A stretch of DNA of 64,000 bases from Macrostomum lignano (GCA_002269645.1 NIVC01000536.1:248001-312000); one strand, 5' to 3'; counted from the first letter of the stretch, positions 1 through 13,859 are shown. Notes: a model not told the origin generated them from the sequence alone. A program made the numbers and translations.

Positions 1-954
1 TTCACACAGTCAGTAGCCTGATGAAGCGACACTCTAAGAGGCTGACTTGCCCCTCTCCTGGTTGCATCATCATCATCGATACTAAAGGGATTGAAAAAGA
101 AGAAAATTGATGCAGCAGATGAGATGCTGCAATGGCCCCACCCGTACAAAATGAGATGCCGCAGGATGAGCTGATGAAGGGTTGAGGCTGATGCTGGCAC
201 TGGTTCTTCTTTCTTTCCAGCAGTTCAGCCAGAAAGAAGGGTCAAAAGCCACTTAAGGATGCTGGGCCTCCATCCCCAAGCAGAAATAGTGTTAGGGGGG
301 TCAGGGGGCACGGGGTGTCAAGAGCTTCCTACTGAAGTGTCTGCCTTCCCCCGCCTCATCCCCAGCCTCTCCGCAATGGCTGATGCAGCGGGAATCCACT
401 CGACTCCGGAGCCTGGGCGATGATATCCCCGCGACTCCAGAGTCCGCGGGTCCTCCGCAATGGGAATTCTAAGTGGTGACCTCCGTGACCCCCCTACCTG
501 TGTAGAGCTGAGAAGCCGGGTGCTCAACAGCTGGTGTGTGCCACGCCCAAACATTTGGCAAATCTGGGCACTGAGCACTGGACATCTCAGGGCCAGGTTT
601 CTGTGCTCAACGTCTGGGGATCTCAATGGGATAAATTTATTGTGGTTCCCCAGCTGCATTTGGTGACTCTCACTCAGACTCGCCACTTCTTGCCACTCCA
701 GTGCGTCACTCAATCGCAACTGAGCATTTGAACAGTCTTCTGCGCTCCTGTCTGTCTTTTGGCCTCTGTTAGACTAAGCTGTTCGTGATATAGAGAAACC
801 CGCATGAGAATGGGATAATTATATATTATTACTGCCTGAAGTTTTGCATTAATCAATTCTATTTGTGAATAGAAAGATAAATAGTGGCTGGCTGCATCCT
901 TATGCAATTTCATTCGATTATTGCCCGCGGCAACATGGGCCAGAAAATGTCTGA

Positions 955-2266
955 CCATTCTATTCATTTTTATATGATGCTGGATAGATTAGCAATCCAT
1001 TCTATTCCTTTTATATGATGCTGGATAGATTAGCAATCCATTCTATTCCTTTTATATGATGCTGGATAGATTAGCAATCCATTCTATTCCTCTTTATATG
1101 ATGTTGGGTAGATTAGCAATCCATTCTATTCCTTTTATATGATGCAGACTAGATTAGCAATCCATTCTATTCCATCATCAGTGATGCAGGCTAGATTAGC
1201 AATCCATTCTATTCCATCATCAGTGATGCAGACTAGATTAGCAATCCATTCTATTCCATCATCAGTGATGCAGGCTAGATTAGCAATCCATTCTATTCCA
1301 TCATCAGTGATGCAGACTAGATTAGCAATCCATTCTATTCCTTTTTATATGATGCAGACTAGATTAGCAATCCATTCTATTCCATCATCAGTGATGCAGG
1401 CTAGATTAGCAATCCATTCTATTACATCATCAGTGATGCAGGCTAGATTAGCAATCCATTCTATTCCATCATCAGTGATGCAGACTAGATTAGCAATCCA
1501 TTCTATTCCATCATCAGTGATGCAGACTAGATTAGCAATCCATTCTATTCCTTTTTATATGATGCAGACTAGATTAGCAATCCATTCTATTCCTTTTTAT
1601 ATGATGCAGACTAGATTAGCAATCCATTCTATTCCATCATCAGTGATGCAGGCTAGATTAGCAATCCATTCTATTCCATCATCAGTGATGCAGACTAGAT
1701 TAGCAATCCATTCTATTCCATCATCAGTGATGCAGGCTAGATTAGCAATCCATTCTATTACATCATCAGTGATGCAGGCTAGATTAGCAATCCATTCTAT
1801 TCCATCATCAGTGATGCAGACTAGATTAGCAATCCATTCTATTTCTCTTTATATGATGCTGGATAGATTAGCAATCCATTCTACTCCTTTTATATGATGC
1901 TGGATAGATTAGCAATCTATTCTATTCCTCTTTATATGATGCTGGATAGATAAGCAATCCATTCTATTCCTTTTATATGATGTTGGGTAGATTAGCAATC
2001 CATTCTACTCCTTTTTATATGATGCAGACTAGATTAGCAATCCATTCTATTCCTTTTTATATGATGCAGACTAGATTAGCAATCCATTCTATTCCATCAT
2101 CAGTGATGCTGGCTAGATTAGCAATCCATTCTATTCCATCATCAGTGATGCAGGCTAGATTAGCAATCCATTCCATTCCATCATCAGTGATGCAGGCTAG
2201 ATTAGCAATCCATTCCATTCCATCATCAGTGATGCAGGCTAGATTAGCAATCCATTCTACTCCTCT
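955..2266. repeat. ~42-bp minisatellite (GATGCAGACTAGATTAGCAATCCATTCTATTCCATCATCAGT and 41-43-bp variants), ~30 copies
   Basis: Tandem unit read directly; explains the MQTRLAIHSIPSSV ORFs. Confidence 0.95.
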
Positions 2267-3016
2267 ATGACAGCACACAGACACAAAACTCATTGCTCAA
2301 AACTCAGACATGAGTTCATAACCTGTCAAGCAGTAATGATAGCTCGGTGATGCTGATCCTCGCTCCCAATTAACCTGCTACTCCCACACCTCATCTCTGT
2401 CCTGAAATGCCGCCTTGTGCTGACTCAGGCCTTCTGCCCGCCAAAGCCTGAGCTGCTCTCTGGTTCGAGCCGATGGGAGCAGCCAAATGCAGGTGAGTCG
2501 CAATTATAAAATCCCTCAAGCTCGAACGATGCTCTCCCTGGAGCAACAAAATCCGTACAACTTCCCTATTAACTGAGTTCCCCAAGGTGACCTCCCGTAA
2601 CCCGCTCCCGCGGTGGGATATGCCCAGATTCCCGCGCGGAAATCCCCTTCAACTTCCTCTTTGCGACGGGAAAATTATAGCCGGAGAGAAAAACATTTTC
2701 CTCTTCATCATTCGAATCCAGAATTGGTCGATAATGCGAGAAGGACTTCGATTGATGCTGAGGTAGCGGAGGAGTCTCTACTACGGATCAGGCAGGGTTT
2801 CGGTGGCTGGCAGCGCTGCTTAGTCATTTGTTTGTGTTGGCCTGCCTGCCGCTTAGCGGTATCGATCGGTGGCGGAATCAAAATGGGTCTCCGTTTGATG
2901 GTGGAATGGGGAGGGGAGTCTGGGAGACAGGCAGACTTGGAGATCGGGTGCTCAATGCCCCTGTATGAACTCCAACCTGCTGTAAATAGCAATGATTGGC
3001 ATTTGAGTCACTTAGA

Positions 3017-3510
<494 letters not shown>

Positions 3511-4211
3511 AGTTGCTGCTCGTGAGCGGCCAGCAAAGTCCAAAATAAACTTTATCCAGCCTCATCAAAACAATTTCGCGGCAGAGTTTCCCATCCTCAG
3601 ATTCCCAAATGCCGAGCCTCGGCCACTTCATCAAAGCCGCATCATTCGAAGCCGTCAAAAACTGATCCAGAATCCCCTCGCACTGACAGCTGGAAGAGGC
3701 GGCCGGCTGCAAGAGAAGGGGGGTCGGGCAGATTTCTCAGCAGGGGGTCGAGGATCCGAAGCCGCGGAGAAGAGGCTACTGAGGAGTTTTCAAATATTTC
3801 CCCCGGTCCCATCTGGATGGATGGCAAAGCTCCAGCTCACTCGCTACTGTTCCCACTCTCTTCATCGTCTCGTTTTTATCCCTAATGAGAAGCCGCTGGT
3901 GAGAGAAGTCGAACTTCTGTCGGTTTTGAAAACCGCCGCAACCTGCAGGCAAGGCAAGCAGAAAGCAGAAAGCAGAAGCAGAGGACAGCAGAAACAATGG
4001 AAGTGAGTCCAAGTGCTCTAATGAGAGCGGCAGAGCGCTCGCTCATAATCAAACTAATCAAAGGAGTTCGGCGAACTGCTGCTGTCTGAGAATAGAGACA
4101 GAGCTTCGACTCGTTAGCGACGTGTGGGCCGGTGTGGGTCTGAGTTGAGTCATTTGGAGAGGTATGACAATGGCGAGAGGGGGTTGGAAAAGAGAGAATG
4201 AGTTAAGCTCT

Positions 4212-6531
4212 AGACAGGAGAGGGCAGAAAAGCGAGGGTAGACATGAGAGGGTAGACAAGACAGGAGAGGGTAGACAGGAGAGGGCAGAAAAGCGAGGGT
4301 AGACATGAGAGGGTAGACAAGACAGGAGAGGGTAGACAGGAGAGGGTAGACAGGAGAGGGCAGAAAAGCGAGGGTAGACATGAGAGGGTAGACAAGACAG
4401 GAGAGGGTAGACAGGAGAGGGCAGAAAAGCGAGGGTAGACATGAGAGGGTAGACAAGACAGGAGAGGGTAGACAGGAGAGGGTAGACAGGAGAGGGTAGA
4501 CAGGAGATGGTAGACAAGAGATGGTAGACAAGAGAGGGTAGACATGAGATGGTAGACAGGAGATGGTAGACAAGAGAGGGTAGACGGGAGATGGTAGACA
4601 AGAGAGGGTAGACAGGAGATGGTAGACAGGAGATAGTAGACATGAGAGGGTAGACAGGAGAGGGTAGACAGGAGAGGGTAGACAGGAGAGGGTAGATATG
4701 AGAGGGTAGACAGGAGAGGGTAGACAGGAGATGGTAGACATGAGATGGTAGACATGAGATGGTAGACAAGAGAGGGTAGACAGGAGATGGTAGACAGGAG
4801 ATAGTAGACATGAGAGGGTAGACAGGAGAGGGTAGACAGGAGAGGGTAGACAGGAGAGGGTAGATATGAGAGGGTAGACAGGAGAGGGTAGACAGGAGAG
4901 GGTAGACAGGAGAGGGTAGACAGGAGATGGTAGACAGGAGAGGGTAGACAGGAGATGGTAGACAGGAGATGGTAGACAAGAGAGGGTAGACAGGAGAGGG
5001 TAGACAGGAAATTGGTAGACAGGAGAGGGTAGACAGGAGATGGTAGACAGGAGATGGTAGACAAGAGAGGGTAGACAGGAAATTGGTAGACAGGAGAGGG
5101 TAGACAGGAGATGGTAGACAGGAGATGGTAGACAAGAGATGATAGACAAGAGATGGTAGACAAGAGAGGGTAAACAAAAGAGGGTAAACAAGAGAGGGTA
5201 GACAGGAGATGGTAGACAGGAGATGGTAGACAAGAGATGATAGACAAGAGATGGTAGACAGGAGAGGGTAGACAGGAGAGGGTAGACAAGAGAGGGTAGA
5301 CAGGAGATGGTAGACAAAAGAGGGTAGACAGGAGATGGTAGACAGGAGATGGTAGACAAGAGAGGGTAGACAGGAGATGGTAGACAGGAGATAGTAGACA
5401 TGAGAGGGTAGACAGGAGAGGGTAGACAGGAGAGGGTAGACAGGAGAGGGTAGATATGAGAGGGTAGACAGGAGAGGGTAGATATGAGAGGGTAGACAGG
5501 AGAGGGTAGACAGGAGAGGGTAGACAGGAAATTGGTAGACAGGAGAGGGTAGACAGGAGATGGTAGACAGGAGATGGTAGACAAGAGAGGGTAGACAGGA
5601 AATTGGTAGACAGGAGAGGGTAGACAGGAGATGGTAGACAGGAGATGGTAGACAAGAGATGATAGACAAGAGATGGTAGACAAGAGAGGGTAAACAAAAG
5701 AGGGTAGACAAGAGAGGGTAGACAGGAGATGGTAGACAGGAGATGGTAAACAAGAGATGATAGACAAGAGATGGTAGACAGGAGAGGGTAGACAGGAGAG
5801 GGTAGACAAGAGAGGGTAGACAGGAGATGGTAGACAAAAGAGGGTAGACAGGAGATGGTAGACAGGAGATGGTAGACAAGAGATGATAGACAAGAGATGG
5901 TAGACAGGAGAGGGTAGACAGGAGAGGGTAGACAAGAGAGGGTAGACAGGAGATGGTAGACAAAAGAGGGTAGACAGGAGATGGTAGACAAGAGATGATA
6001 GACAAGAGATGGTAGACAAGAGATGATAGACAAGAGAGGGTAAACAAAAGAGGGTAGACAAGAGAGTAGACAAGAGAGGGTAGACAAGAGAGGGTAGACA
6101 GGAGATGGTAGACAGGAGAGGGTAGACAGGAGATGGTAGACAGGAGATGGTAGACAAGAGAGGGTAGACAGGAGATGGTAGACAAGAGATGGTAGACAAG
6201 AGATGGTAGACAAGAGAGGGTAGACAGGAGATGGTAGACAGGAGATGGTAGACAAGAGATGATAGACAAGAGATGGTAGACAAGAGAGGGTAAACAAAAG
6301 AGGGTAGACAAGAGAGGGTAGACAGGAGATGGTAGACAGGAGAGGGTAGACAAGAGATGATAGACAAGAGATGGTAGACAGGAGAGGGTAGACAGGAGAG
6401 GGTAGACAAGAGAGGGTAGATAGGAGATGGTAGACAAAAGAGGGTAGACAGGAGATGGTAGACAAGAGATGATAGACAAGAGATGATAGACAAGAGAGGG
6501 TCAACAAAAGAGGGTAGACAGGAGAGGGTAG
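4212..6531. repeat. 14-bp minisatellite (GGAGAGGGTAGACA variants), ~2.3 kb
   Basis: Direct; open in all three minus frames, hence the 750-890-aa artefact ORFs. Confidence 0.95.
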
Positions 6532-7510
6532 ATTTGGGACTGTTTCGTCGAAGGCGTTGCGCCATGGAGGCTCCCGCTCTGCTGCAATTATTAATATTAA
6601 ACTTCAATCTGCTTGTTGATTCGCTGTTGCAGAGGGTATCGGTGTCAACTGCTCTGCTCAGTGTCAACTGCCAACCAACGTGGAGAGAAAAGACACCTGC
6701 CTGTAAACAGCTCGCCTGACCTGTCAATTGTTTGACAGCGTAAACAATGAACCGCTGTGACAGATAGAAGGGAGAATGTGTCTAATTCCGATGCCTTGCA
6801 AACAGAATTATTCCCTTTTTGGGGATATAATAATGAAGGCAAGGAGGGGAGATATTGCTCGAGGCAACCCCCCCCCCCAGAGGAGGGGAGAGAGGACCGT
6901 GGATATCCCACTAAATAATTGCATCAGTTAGGCTGAGACACCTAAACCGAGTCTCTCTGTCGCACTGACGGAGACATGATAGCCAAGAAGGTTGCGTCAC
7001 ACTGGCTAACGAAGTCAAGCCCCTTGAACTGGCGCGCATGCTTGGCTCTTAGTTGGCAGATTTCTATAGAAGAACCCCCGGGGCGGCCTCCGTGTTGCAA
7101 ATTTGCTCGCTACTTCGGTAATCAGTTGTCCCCGAGCTAATGGAGCAGGAGGTGGAGGGGGATGGTAACTGGCTTTTTTTGCAACTCACTGGACTAAACG
7201 AATTCTTTTGCGCACCAAATCGAAATGCAATTTTGGATACTCGAATGGTTATCACTGAGCGCGGGACAGGATTATTCGAGTGTGCAGTTATGCGGGATTG
7301 AGATTGACCGCTTGCATCGGATTATAAATTTACAAAATTGATTTGGCAAAATCGTGTATAAAAATACTTGACTCAGTCTGTCAGTGCCTTCGGTTTCTCC
7401 GCTTGTAAGTAACCTTCTGCATGGTCAGAGTCCTGCTGGCAATGTGACCTGCAGGCTTTTGGTTTGGTGTGAAGGCGAATCAGCCTCTGCATGATTCAGC
7501 ATATCTCATT

Positions 7511-8000
7511 CACCTCCCTCTCTGCCTCTCCCTCTCTCCCCTCTGTCTATCCCTCTCTCCCTCTCTCCCTCTCCCTCTCTCCCCTCTGTCTATCCCTCTC
7601 TCCCTCTCTCCCTCTCCCTCTCTCCCCTCTGTCTATCCCTCTCTCCCTCTCTCCCTCTCCCTCTCTCCCCTCTGTCTATCCCTCTCTCCCTCTCTCCCTC
7701 TCCCTCTCTCCCCTCTGCCTCTCCCTCTCTCCCTGTTTCCCGATCTCTCTCTCCCTCTCTCTCTCCCTTTCTCCCCCCTCTCTCTCCCTGTCTCCCTCTC
7801 TCTACCTCCCTCACCCTTTTTTCCTCTCTCTACTTCTTTCTCCCTCTCTCCCCCCTATCTTCTTCTTTCCCCCTCTCCCTCTATCCCTCTCTCTACCCCT
7901 CTCCCTCTCTCCCTCTCTCCCTCACTCCCTCCCTCTCCTATTCCCCGTAACTCACTCTCCCCTGTACCCGTCTCTCCCCACTCCTTCTTTCCTCCTCTAC
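7511..8000. repeat. CT-rich polypyrimidine low-complexity tract
   Basis: Direct. Confidence 0.9.
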
Positions 8001-9546
8001 TCTTAAGAGCGTAGAACATCAACATCTCCTCAAATTCCTCAATTATCCCCATTCTCAATGCGTTGTGCTGCACCTTCCCACTTTATAATGCATGCTGGCA
8101 GGCCTGTCATGCATGCGTCCCTCAGGTCGGGGGAGGGGAGAATAATCCCCCTATCAATTTGATTGTGAAAGAATAATTTCCCAGGACTAGGCAGGACTAG
8201 GCATAAAAGTTATCCCAAAGAAGGCTGGGATAAAATCCCAAACAGATTGGTTGGAGGTACTTGAGAACAGAAAAAAACCCGTATGATAAAATATGGGTCT
8301 CGTAAATTCGAAATTCACTCGCTAATTTTGTCCCCACCCACTCAGCAGCACTCAGAACCCCCTCACTGATGGAGGCGGTTCTGTCAGAGTTTTTTTTAAT
8401 CAGCAAACTATCATCGATGACGCAATTTCTGACAAATTTTGTTGATTTTAGAAATCAATTTTTTACTGAATTCGTCACGAAGTTTTCTACTAATTTAAAA
8501 AAAAACACCTTGGCAACCAGCAAAGTAGGAAATGAACAACTGAAATTGGCGGTCATGTGACCTCACAAACAGCTCCCATATGGACACCTGGGAAGGTGAG
8601 ACGACACGGGGACTGCCACCTCCCCTATCTCAGTCTGTGTGTCTCAGAACCAGCTCCCCCAGTGCTAGGGGCAGCTGATTAGCGGCTCCTCATGTTTCCC
8701 TGTTGTCACGACCGACCGCTAGACTGAGATCCCATCGCGTGACAAAATGACTAAAAATTTTCGGGCGAAACAGATTGAAACCAAGACTTACACCTTTAAT
8801 ATAAAGAAAAGTCTTTGTTCGAAATCGGAGAGTTTCTTCCCTTCTAAAGATCTTCCTATGCTAATGAGTCTTCACCGAAACCCCTCTCTGCCCTCGAGCC
8901 AGCACCCCTCTGAGAGATGAGACGACATGGGATATCGGATTTCAGACAGCGGATCTGTGCGGCCTCTCTCTGCTGTCAACGGCAGAGTCGTCTTTAGACG
9001 GGGGCTAAAAAAGCCGTCGTTGGCAAGTTCGAATTTGACTTGACCGAATATGACTGGCTAAAAGCATTTCTAAGTAGTCATCACTTCTCAGCACAACAAG
9101 AATGAATAAATCCAAGTCACTTCCGACTGAGCTGGGGGGGGGGGTTGAACCCCATTTGGATTGCGCAACCGTCAATGCGCCCAGCCCCATGTGTGCGGAA
9201 CGTGTCCGAGAGATGGACAGCTCGCACTGCAGGCAGATTGGCCGGTGGAATCCGAGCCGAGGTGGGAGGCGCCGACGCCGACCTCAACTGGGATCTGGGA
9301 CCCCCCGCCCCGAAGGTCCGCCCACCTTCCACAGCCGCCAGCCTCAAGGAGCTTCGGCCGAATCGCCCAGATCGGGTTGCAGCCCCGGGAGGCTCCCATT
9401 GGGCAGCCGTCAAGCAGCCAATGACTGAGAGAAGGCAGACAGACAGAAGGACCTAAAGAGACCAGCTAAATCTGAGGTGCGAACAGGAAAGACGCAGAAG
9501 GCCTAGTTTAATCCGCCCACACCCTGAGCTCCCCTTCACATCCGCA

Positions 9547-10599
9547 ATGAACGAGGACAATGCAACTGCTTCCATCGCTTCGTCACCTCCGCAGCGAGTT
9601 GACGCTGAAGACGTTGAAGCCTCCGAGAAGCTGCTCTCGAACTGCCGCACCGCGGCGTCTCCCACCGGCTCATCGACCAGCTCTGGGAAGAACAATAACC
9701 ATAGCAACGGCGTCGGAAATGGGAACGGGAAACTGCAAGTGGAGAGCGGCGGCGAGTCTACCGATGGCCGAAGGTCCTGTCCGGCCGCCTCGGCCGTTCT
9801 CGCTGTCCTGCTCTGCTGCTTCGTCGCCGGCTTCGGCGTCATGGCATTTCTCTACGTGCAGGCCGCCGCCGCGCCGGCCGGAGTTCCGCAGTCGTCGCCG
9901 CTAAGTCACGCCGCCGCGGCAGCCCTGCTGTCCTCGACATCCGCGTCGAAGTCCTGCGACGTTGAAGCCGACGGCTCCGAGCTGACTCGCCTGGCCGACT
10001 TCGGCGCCGATCCTTGCGGCAGCAGCGGTGGCGGCGGCTTCGAGCAGTTCGCCTGCGGCGGCTACTCGAACTCGGCGACCCTGCGCTGGGGCGAGTCGGC
10101 CCGCTCTACGGCCGGAGATCGGAACCGGCGCGTGGCCGCGCTGCTGGAGGAGCGCCTGCTGTTTGGCGTCGATGCCGACCAGCCCGCCTGGCTGACGGCG
10201 CTGTCGAATTTCAGTCGAACCTGCGCCGCCGCCGGGGCCGCCTTTCCGCTGGAGTCGCTGAGGCGCGAGTTCGGCCGGCCGGCTGGTGGCCGGTTCGCCC
10301 CGATCAGCTTCTTCAGCCAGAGCTCCTTCACCTGGAGCGACAGGTTCACCTACGAGCAGGCTCTGGCGCAGCTGGCGGCGCACGGCGTGCCGGTTGCCAT
10401 CGAGGTCGGCCTGCCGAACTCAACGTCGACCTGGCGAGGCTCCGTCGGCGACCAGCAGGGCGGCGGCCCGCTGCCGTGGATTCTGCGGCCGGCGGCTCCG
10501 CTGATCTCGCCGGATATTGATGCGGACAGCCTGGTGCAGCTGGTGAAGTCCGCGTTCAGCCTGATCGACAAGGGCATACCGCACCTGATTGCCACTCAG
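9547..10599 (+). CDS. Exon 1 of neprilysin/ECE (peptidase M13)-like type II membrane protein: cytoplasmic N-terminus, TM helix, start of the M13 N-domain
   Basis: TM segment AVLAVLLCCFVAGFGVMAFLYV; M13 signature C..DPC..F.QFACGG; CAG|GTGAGA donor at 10599/10600, phase 0. Confidence 0.85.
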
Positions 10600-10669
10600 G
10601 TGAGAGAGACTGCTGGCCATTGTGAGCCATTGGTCATGTCTGCGGTTTGAGTCATAGAGCTCATGTACT

Positions 10670-11182
10670 GTCATAGGGATGGTCATAACTTTATGGTCAT
10701 AGTGGTGGTCATAGCTTAATGGTCATAGCCTGGTGGTCATAGCTTTATGGTCATAGCCTGATAGTCATAGCTTGATGGTCATAGATTTCATGGTCATAGC
10801 TTTGATGGTCATAGCTTGATGGTCATAGCTTTGATGGTCATAGCTTTGATGGTCATGGCTTGATGGTCATGGCTTGATGGCCATAGATTTGATGGTCATA
10901 GCTGATAGTCATAGCTTGATGGTCATAGCTTTGATGGTCATAGCTTGATGGTCATAGATTTCTTGGTCAAAGCTTTGATGGTCATAGCTTTGATGGTCAT
11001 GGCTTGATGGTCATAGCTTTGATGGTCATAGCTTGATGGTCATGGCTTGATGGCCATAGATTTGATGGTCATAGCTGATAGTCATAGCTTGGTGGTCATA
11101 GATTTCTTGGTCATAGCTTTGATGGTCATAGCTTGATGGTCATAGCTTTGATGGTCATAGCTTTGATACTCATAGCTTGATG
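10670..11182. repeat. 14-15-bp minisatellite (GATGGTCATAGCTT[T]) filling the M13-gene intron
   Basis: Direct. Confidence 0.93.
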
Positions 11183-11255
11183 GATTGTCGATAAGGCATG
11201 TTCAGAGTCATGACTGCATATTTGAAGTCAACCAGAGTCGAACCTGGCCCCGCAG

Positions 11256-12542
11256 ATGGCCTATTTCCATGGCAACGCCAGCCGCCTTCTGCGAGACTCC
11301 ACCGACGACCAGCAGCAGCAGCAGCCGGAAGTCATCAGCTTTGAAGAAGCCCGCAACCTCTTCGCCGACGCCGGAAGCTCCAGCGGAAACCGATGGGAAA
11401 GATTCCGCAACGAGCTGCTCCCAGCGGATGCGGCCTGGCCCGAAGGTCGGTACAGCGGACTTCTGGTCAGTCGCCGAAGGACTCTCGCCCGACTGCTCCG
11501 CCTGACTGCCCGGCTTGACTCCGACGTGCTGATGGCGTACGGCTTCGTGAACTCGCTGGTCAAGCTGGCCCCGTTCAATCCGCAGCTGCGCCGGTTCTTC
11601 GCCGCTCAAACACTGGTTGCTAAGCAACCGATGGTGCTGCTGTCATCAAGGCGGAAATCGACAGCAAAACCAAGCAGACCTATCGGAGTTGTTAAGCGTT
11701 GCCTAGCAACCGCCTATCAGGTGCTGCCTCAGCTGGTTGCCAAGACATTCGCAGACAGTCCGGGCCTCCGAGGCCGGGGACCGCTGGCTGCCGCCATCTG
11801 GCACCACCTGGCCGAGCGAATCGCCAGAAATTCGACATACACGGCTGCGCCCGACCTGGAGTCTGTCTGGCCCGCCTACCTCGGCCAGGAGCTGCACTTC
11901 ATCAACGCCTACGGCCAGCTGAGGATTCTGGGCGACTTCAAAGGCGGCAGCGGCGGCGGCGGTCAGGCTGGAGGCGCCTTCCTGGCCGCGCTGCTGGACG
12001 CCAGTAGGTTCTCTCGCCAGTCGGCATTCCAGATGGCCGCCCAAATCGGCTGGGCCGGCGTCGGTCAAGGACCGCCATTCGAAGCTTCAACTGACTCGAC
12101 CGTTGGCGTCCCTGACGACAGCGAATTCTTGGACGACTTTGAGCTGAGCTTCCCGATCCAGTTTCACCTGCCGCTGCTGGGCGCGGGCGGGGCGGCAGAG
12201 CGGATTGCTAGACTGGGCTACTTGGCTGCCAGGCGAGTTCCGGCCAAGACCGGCCACGTCGATGATTGTCGAAGTCGACTAGCGGCGATTCGAACGGCGT
12301 TCGGCTTTCTGACCGACCCGACAGCTGAAGCTGGCGCCGCACCCGGCGGGAAGTCGCTGACAGCCGGGCAGGCCTTCCTGCTGGCCAACGCCCAGCTGGG
12401 CTGCCGCAAGGTCGCGCCGGGAGTCGCCGGCACTGCGTCGTCCACGCAGGCCCGGCTGGTGTCGAAACTGCCGGAATTTGCCGTCGCTTTCGGCTGCCGA
12501 AGTCGCTACGCGACGGTCGACAAGGACGCGAGCTGCGGCTGA
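11256..12542 (+). CDS. Exon 2 of the M13-like protein, C-terminal domain, predicted catalytically inactive
   Basis: CCCGCAG| acceptor at 11255, in phase with exon 1; C-terminal LTAGQAFLLANAQLGC...LPEFAVAFGC...SCG matches the M13 consensus L..QLFF...AQ.WC...PEF..AF.C; no HExxH. Confidence 0.85.
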   Translation: MAYFHGNASRLLRDSTDDQQQQQPEVISFEEARNLFADAGSSSGNRWERFRNELLPADAAWPEGRYSGLLVSRRRTLARLLRLTARLDSDVLMAYGFVNSLVKLAPFNPQLRRFFAAQTLVAKQPMVLLSSRRKSTAKPSRPIGVVKRCLATAYQVLPQLVAKTFADSPGLRGRGPLAAAIWHHLAERIARNSTYTAAPDLESVWPAYLGQELHFINAYGQLRILGDFKGGSGGGGQAGGAFLAALLDASRFSRQSAFQMAAQIGWAGVGQGPPFEASTDSTVGVPDDSEFLDDFELSFPIQFHLPLLGAGGAAERIARLGYLAARRVPAKTGHVDDCRSRLAAIRTAFGFLTDPTAEAGAAPGGKSLTAGQAFLLANAQLGCRKVAPGVAGTASSTQARLVSKLPEFAVAFGCRSRYATVDKDASCG

Positions 12543-12764
12543 CTTCTCGGGTGTAAATAGTGGCTGCTTCATCAATGTGGGTGGCTTCAAATGTTTTGAA
12601 AACTTGAAAAACGCTAAGGTTTTATGATTTCTTGTTACATTTTCACTGCTTCTCCACTCGTGTGCTCTAGTCCTTTGTGTGAAATTGCTTTTGTATTTTT
12701 TCAAATAGTTTTAGTTTGTCAAAGTCAAATTTTATTGTGAAGGCGTTGATACTTACTGGGGTAG

Positions 12765-12960
12765 CGCCGTTCATTATGGGGGTGGCGCCGTTCATTATGG
12801 GGGTGGCGCCGTCCATTATGGGGGTGGAGCCGTTCATTATGGGGGTGGAGCCGTTTATTATGGGGGTGGCGCCGTTCATCATGGTGTGGCGCCGTTCATT
12901 ATGGGGTCGCGCCTTTCATCAAGGGGATGGCGCCGTTCAGTAGGGGGGTGGCGTCATTCA
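12765..12960. repeat. 21-bp minisatellite (GGGGGTGGCGCCGTTCATTAT)
   Basis: Direct, ~8 copies. Confidence 0.9.
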
Positions 12961-13429
12961 TTCTCAAGATAGCACTGTGTAAGTCTCTTTAAAAGGAACT
13001 TAAAAAATGTAATTACACATCAGTTTTGTTCAGGTATTTTGTCCGTTTTCCAAAATCAATGTTTAAAAATTTTTATCTCAATATTTTAAACACAAATTAA
13101 TTATTTACTCATAAACATTTTCTATAAAAGCTGAATTTCTCAGGCAATTTTTTAAGTTTCTTTGCCAAGAAATGACCAGCTGTTTTTTAATTCTCTTTTG
13201 ATATTAGTAAAATTTGTTACTTTTTTGTTTTATAATATTGGTTTTTTACTTCACCGCTTACCGTGTAAATCTCGTGATGAAGTGCATTGTGTACTAATTT
13301 GTTTGCTGTTAGCTAAAATTGTTTCAGGTTATAAATAAAGCATAACTCCTGTGTTGTAGAAAAAAATTAGTTAAGAGACTTTGAAAGTGCATTACCTCTG
13401 TGTTTATAGGCCAGCTTTTAAATATCTCC

Positions 13430-13474
13430 GTTCTTGAGACCGAGAGGACCCGGGTTCGAGTCCCAGTTCAACCA
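13430..13474 (+). other. tRNA-like 3' half (B-box/T-arm GGTTCGAGTCC), possible SINE head remnant
   Basis: CCGGG-TTCGAGT-CCCAG T-arm ending in CCA; no matching 5' acceptor strand or A-box found. Confidence 0.3.
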
Positions 13475-13859
13475 GACTAATAATTTCGGCCTGCAATTAT
13501 CCTGAGCCGAAGGCCCCCCCTGAGAATTTAATTAGTCAGCTCAGATTTTCACCCAGGGAAAAATTGGTTTGATCCCCTCGCTGACGGCATGAAGATAAAG
13601 CGAAACTGCAATTTGGGGTCAACGACTTCCAGCGAGGACAAGAGGCTGCTGGCTGATGAAGATTCGATGATGCCCGCCAATTTGAGATGGGGAGACGCCT
13701 CATCTATTCAGATTCGCCTCCGGTATCACTTGGCTGAAATCTCACCCTGTATTTTTCTGCTTCTTGATTTCATTCGATTTTCTGCTGAACTCTGCGCGCA
13801 TATTTCACAAGGTGGTTGACTGGGTAGGCAATTCCGTTCTGACTTCCCTGTGCCTCTGT

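Noticed and set aside
4058-6727. 750-890-aa ORFs, and similar ORFs at 1.1-2.2, 13.7-14.9, 16-17.3, 22.3-23.1, 27.6-28.5, 34-35.5 and 62.5-63.4 kb
   Set aside because: Translations of stop-free tandem repeats, open in several frames at once, with no domain content.
13400-13474. Intact tRNA-Ser(TGA) gene
   Set aside because: No D-arm/A-box and no 5' acceptor strand complementary to TTCAACC.
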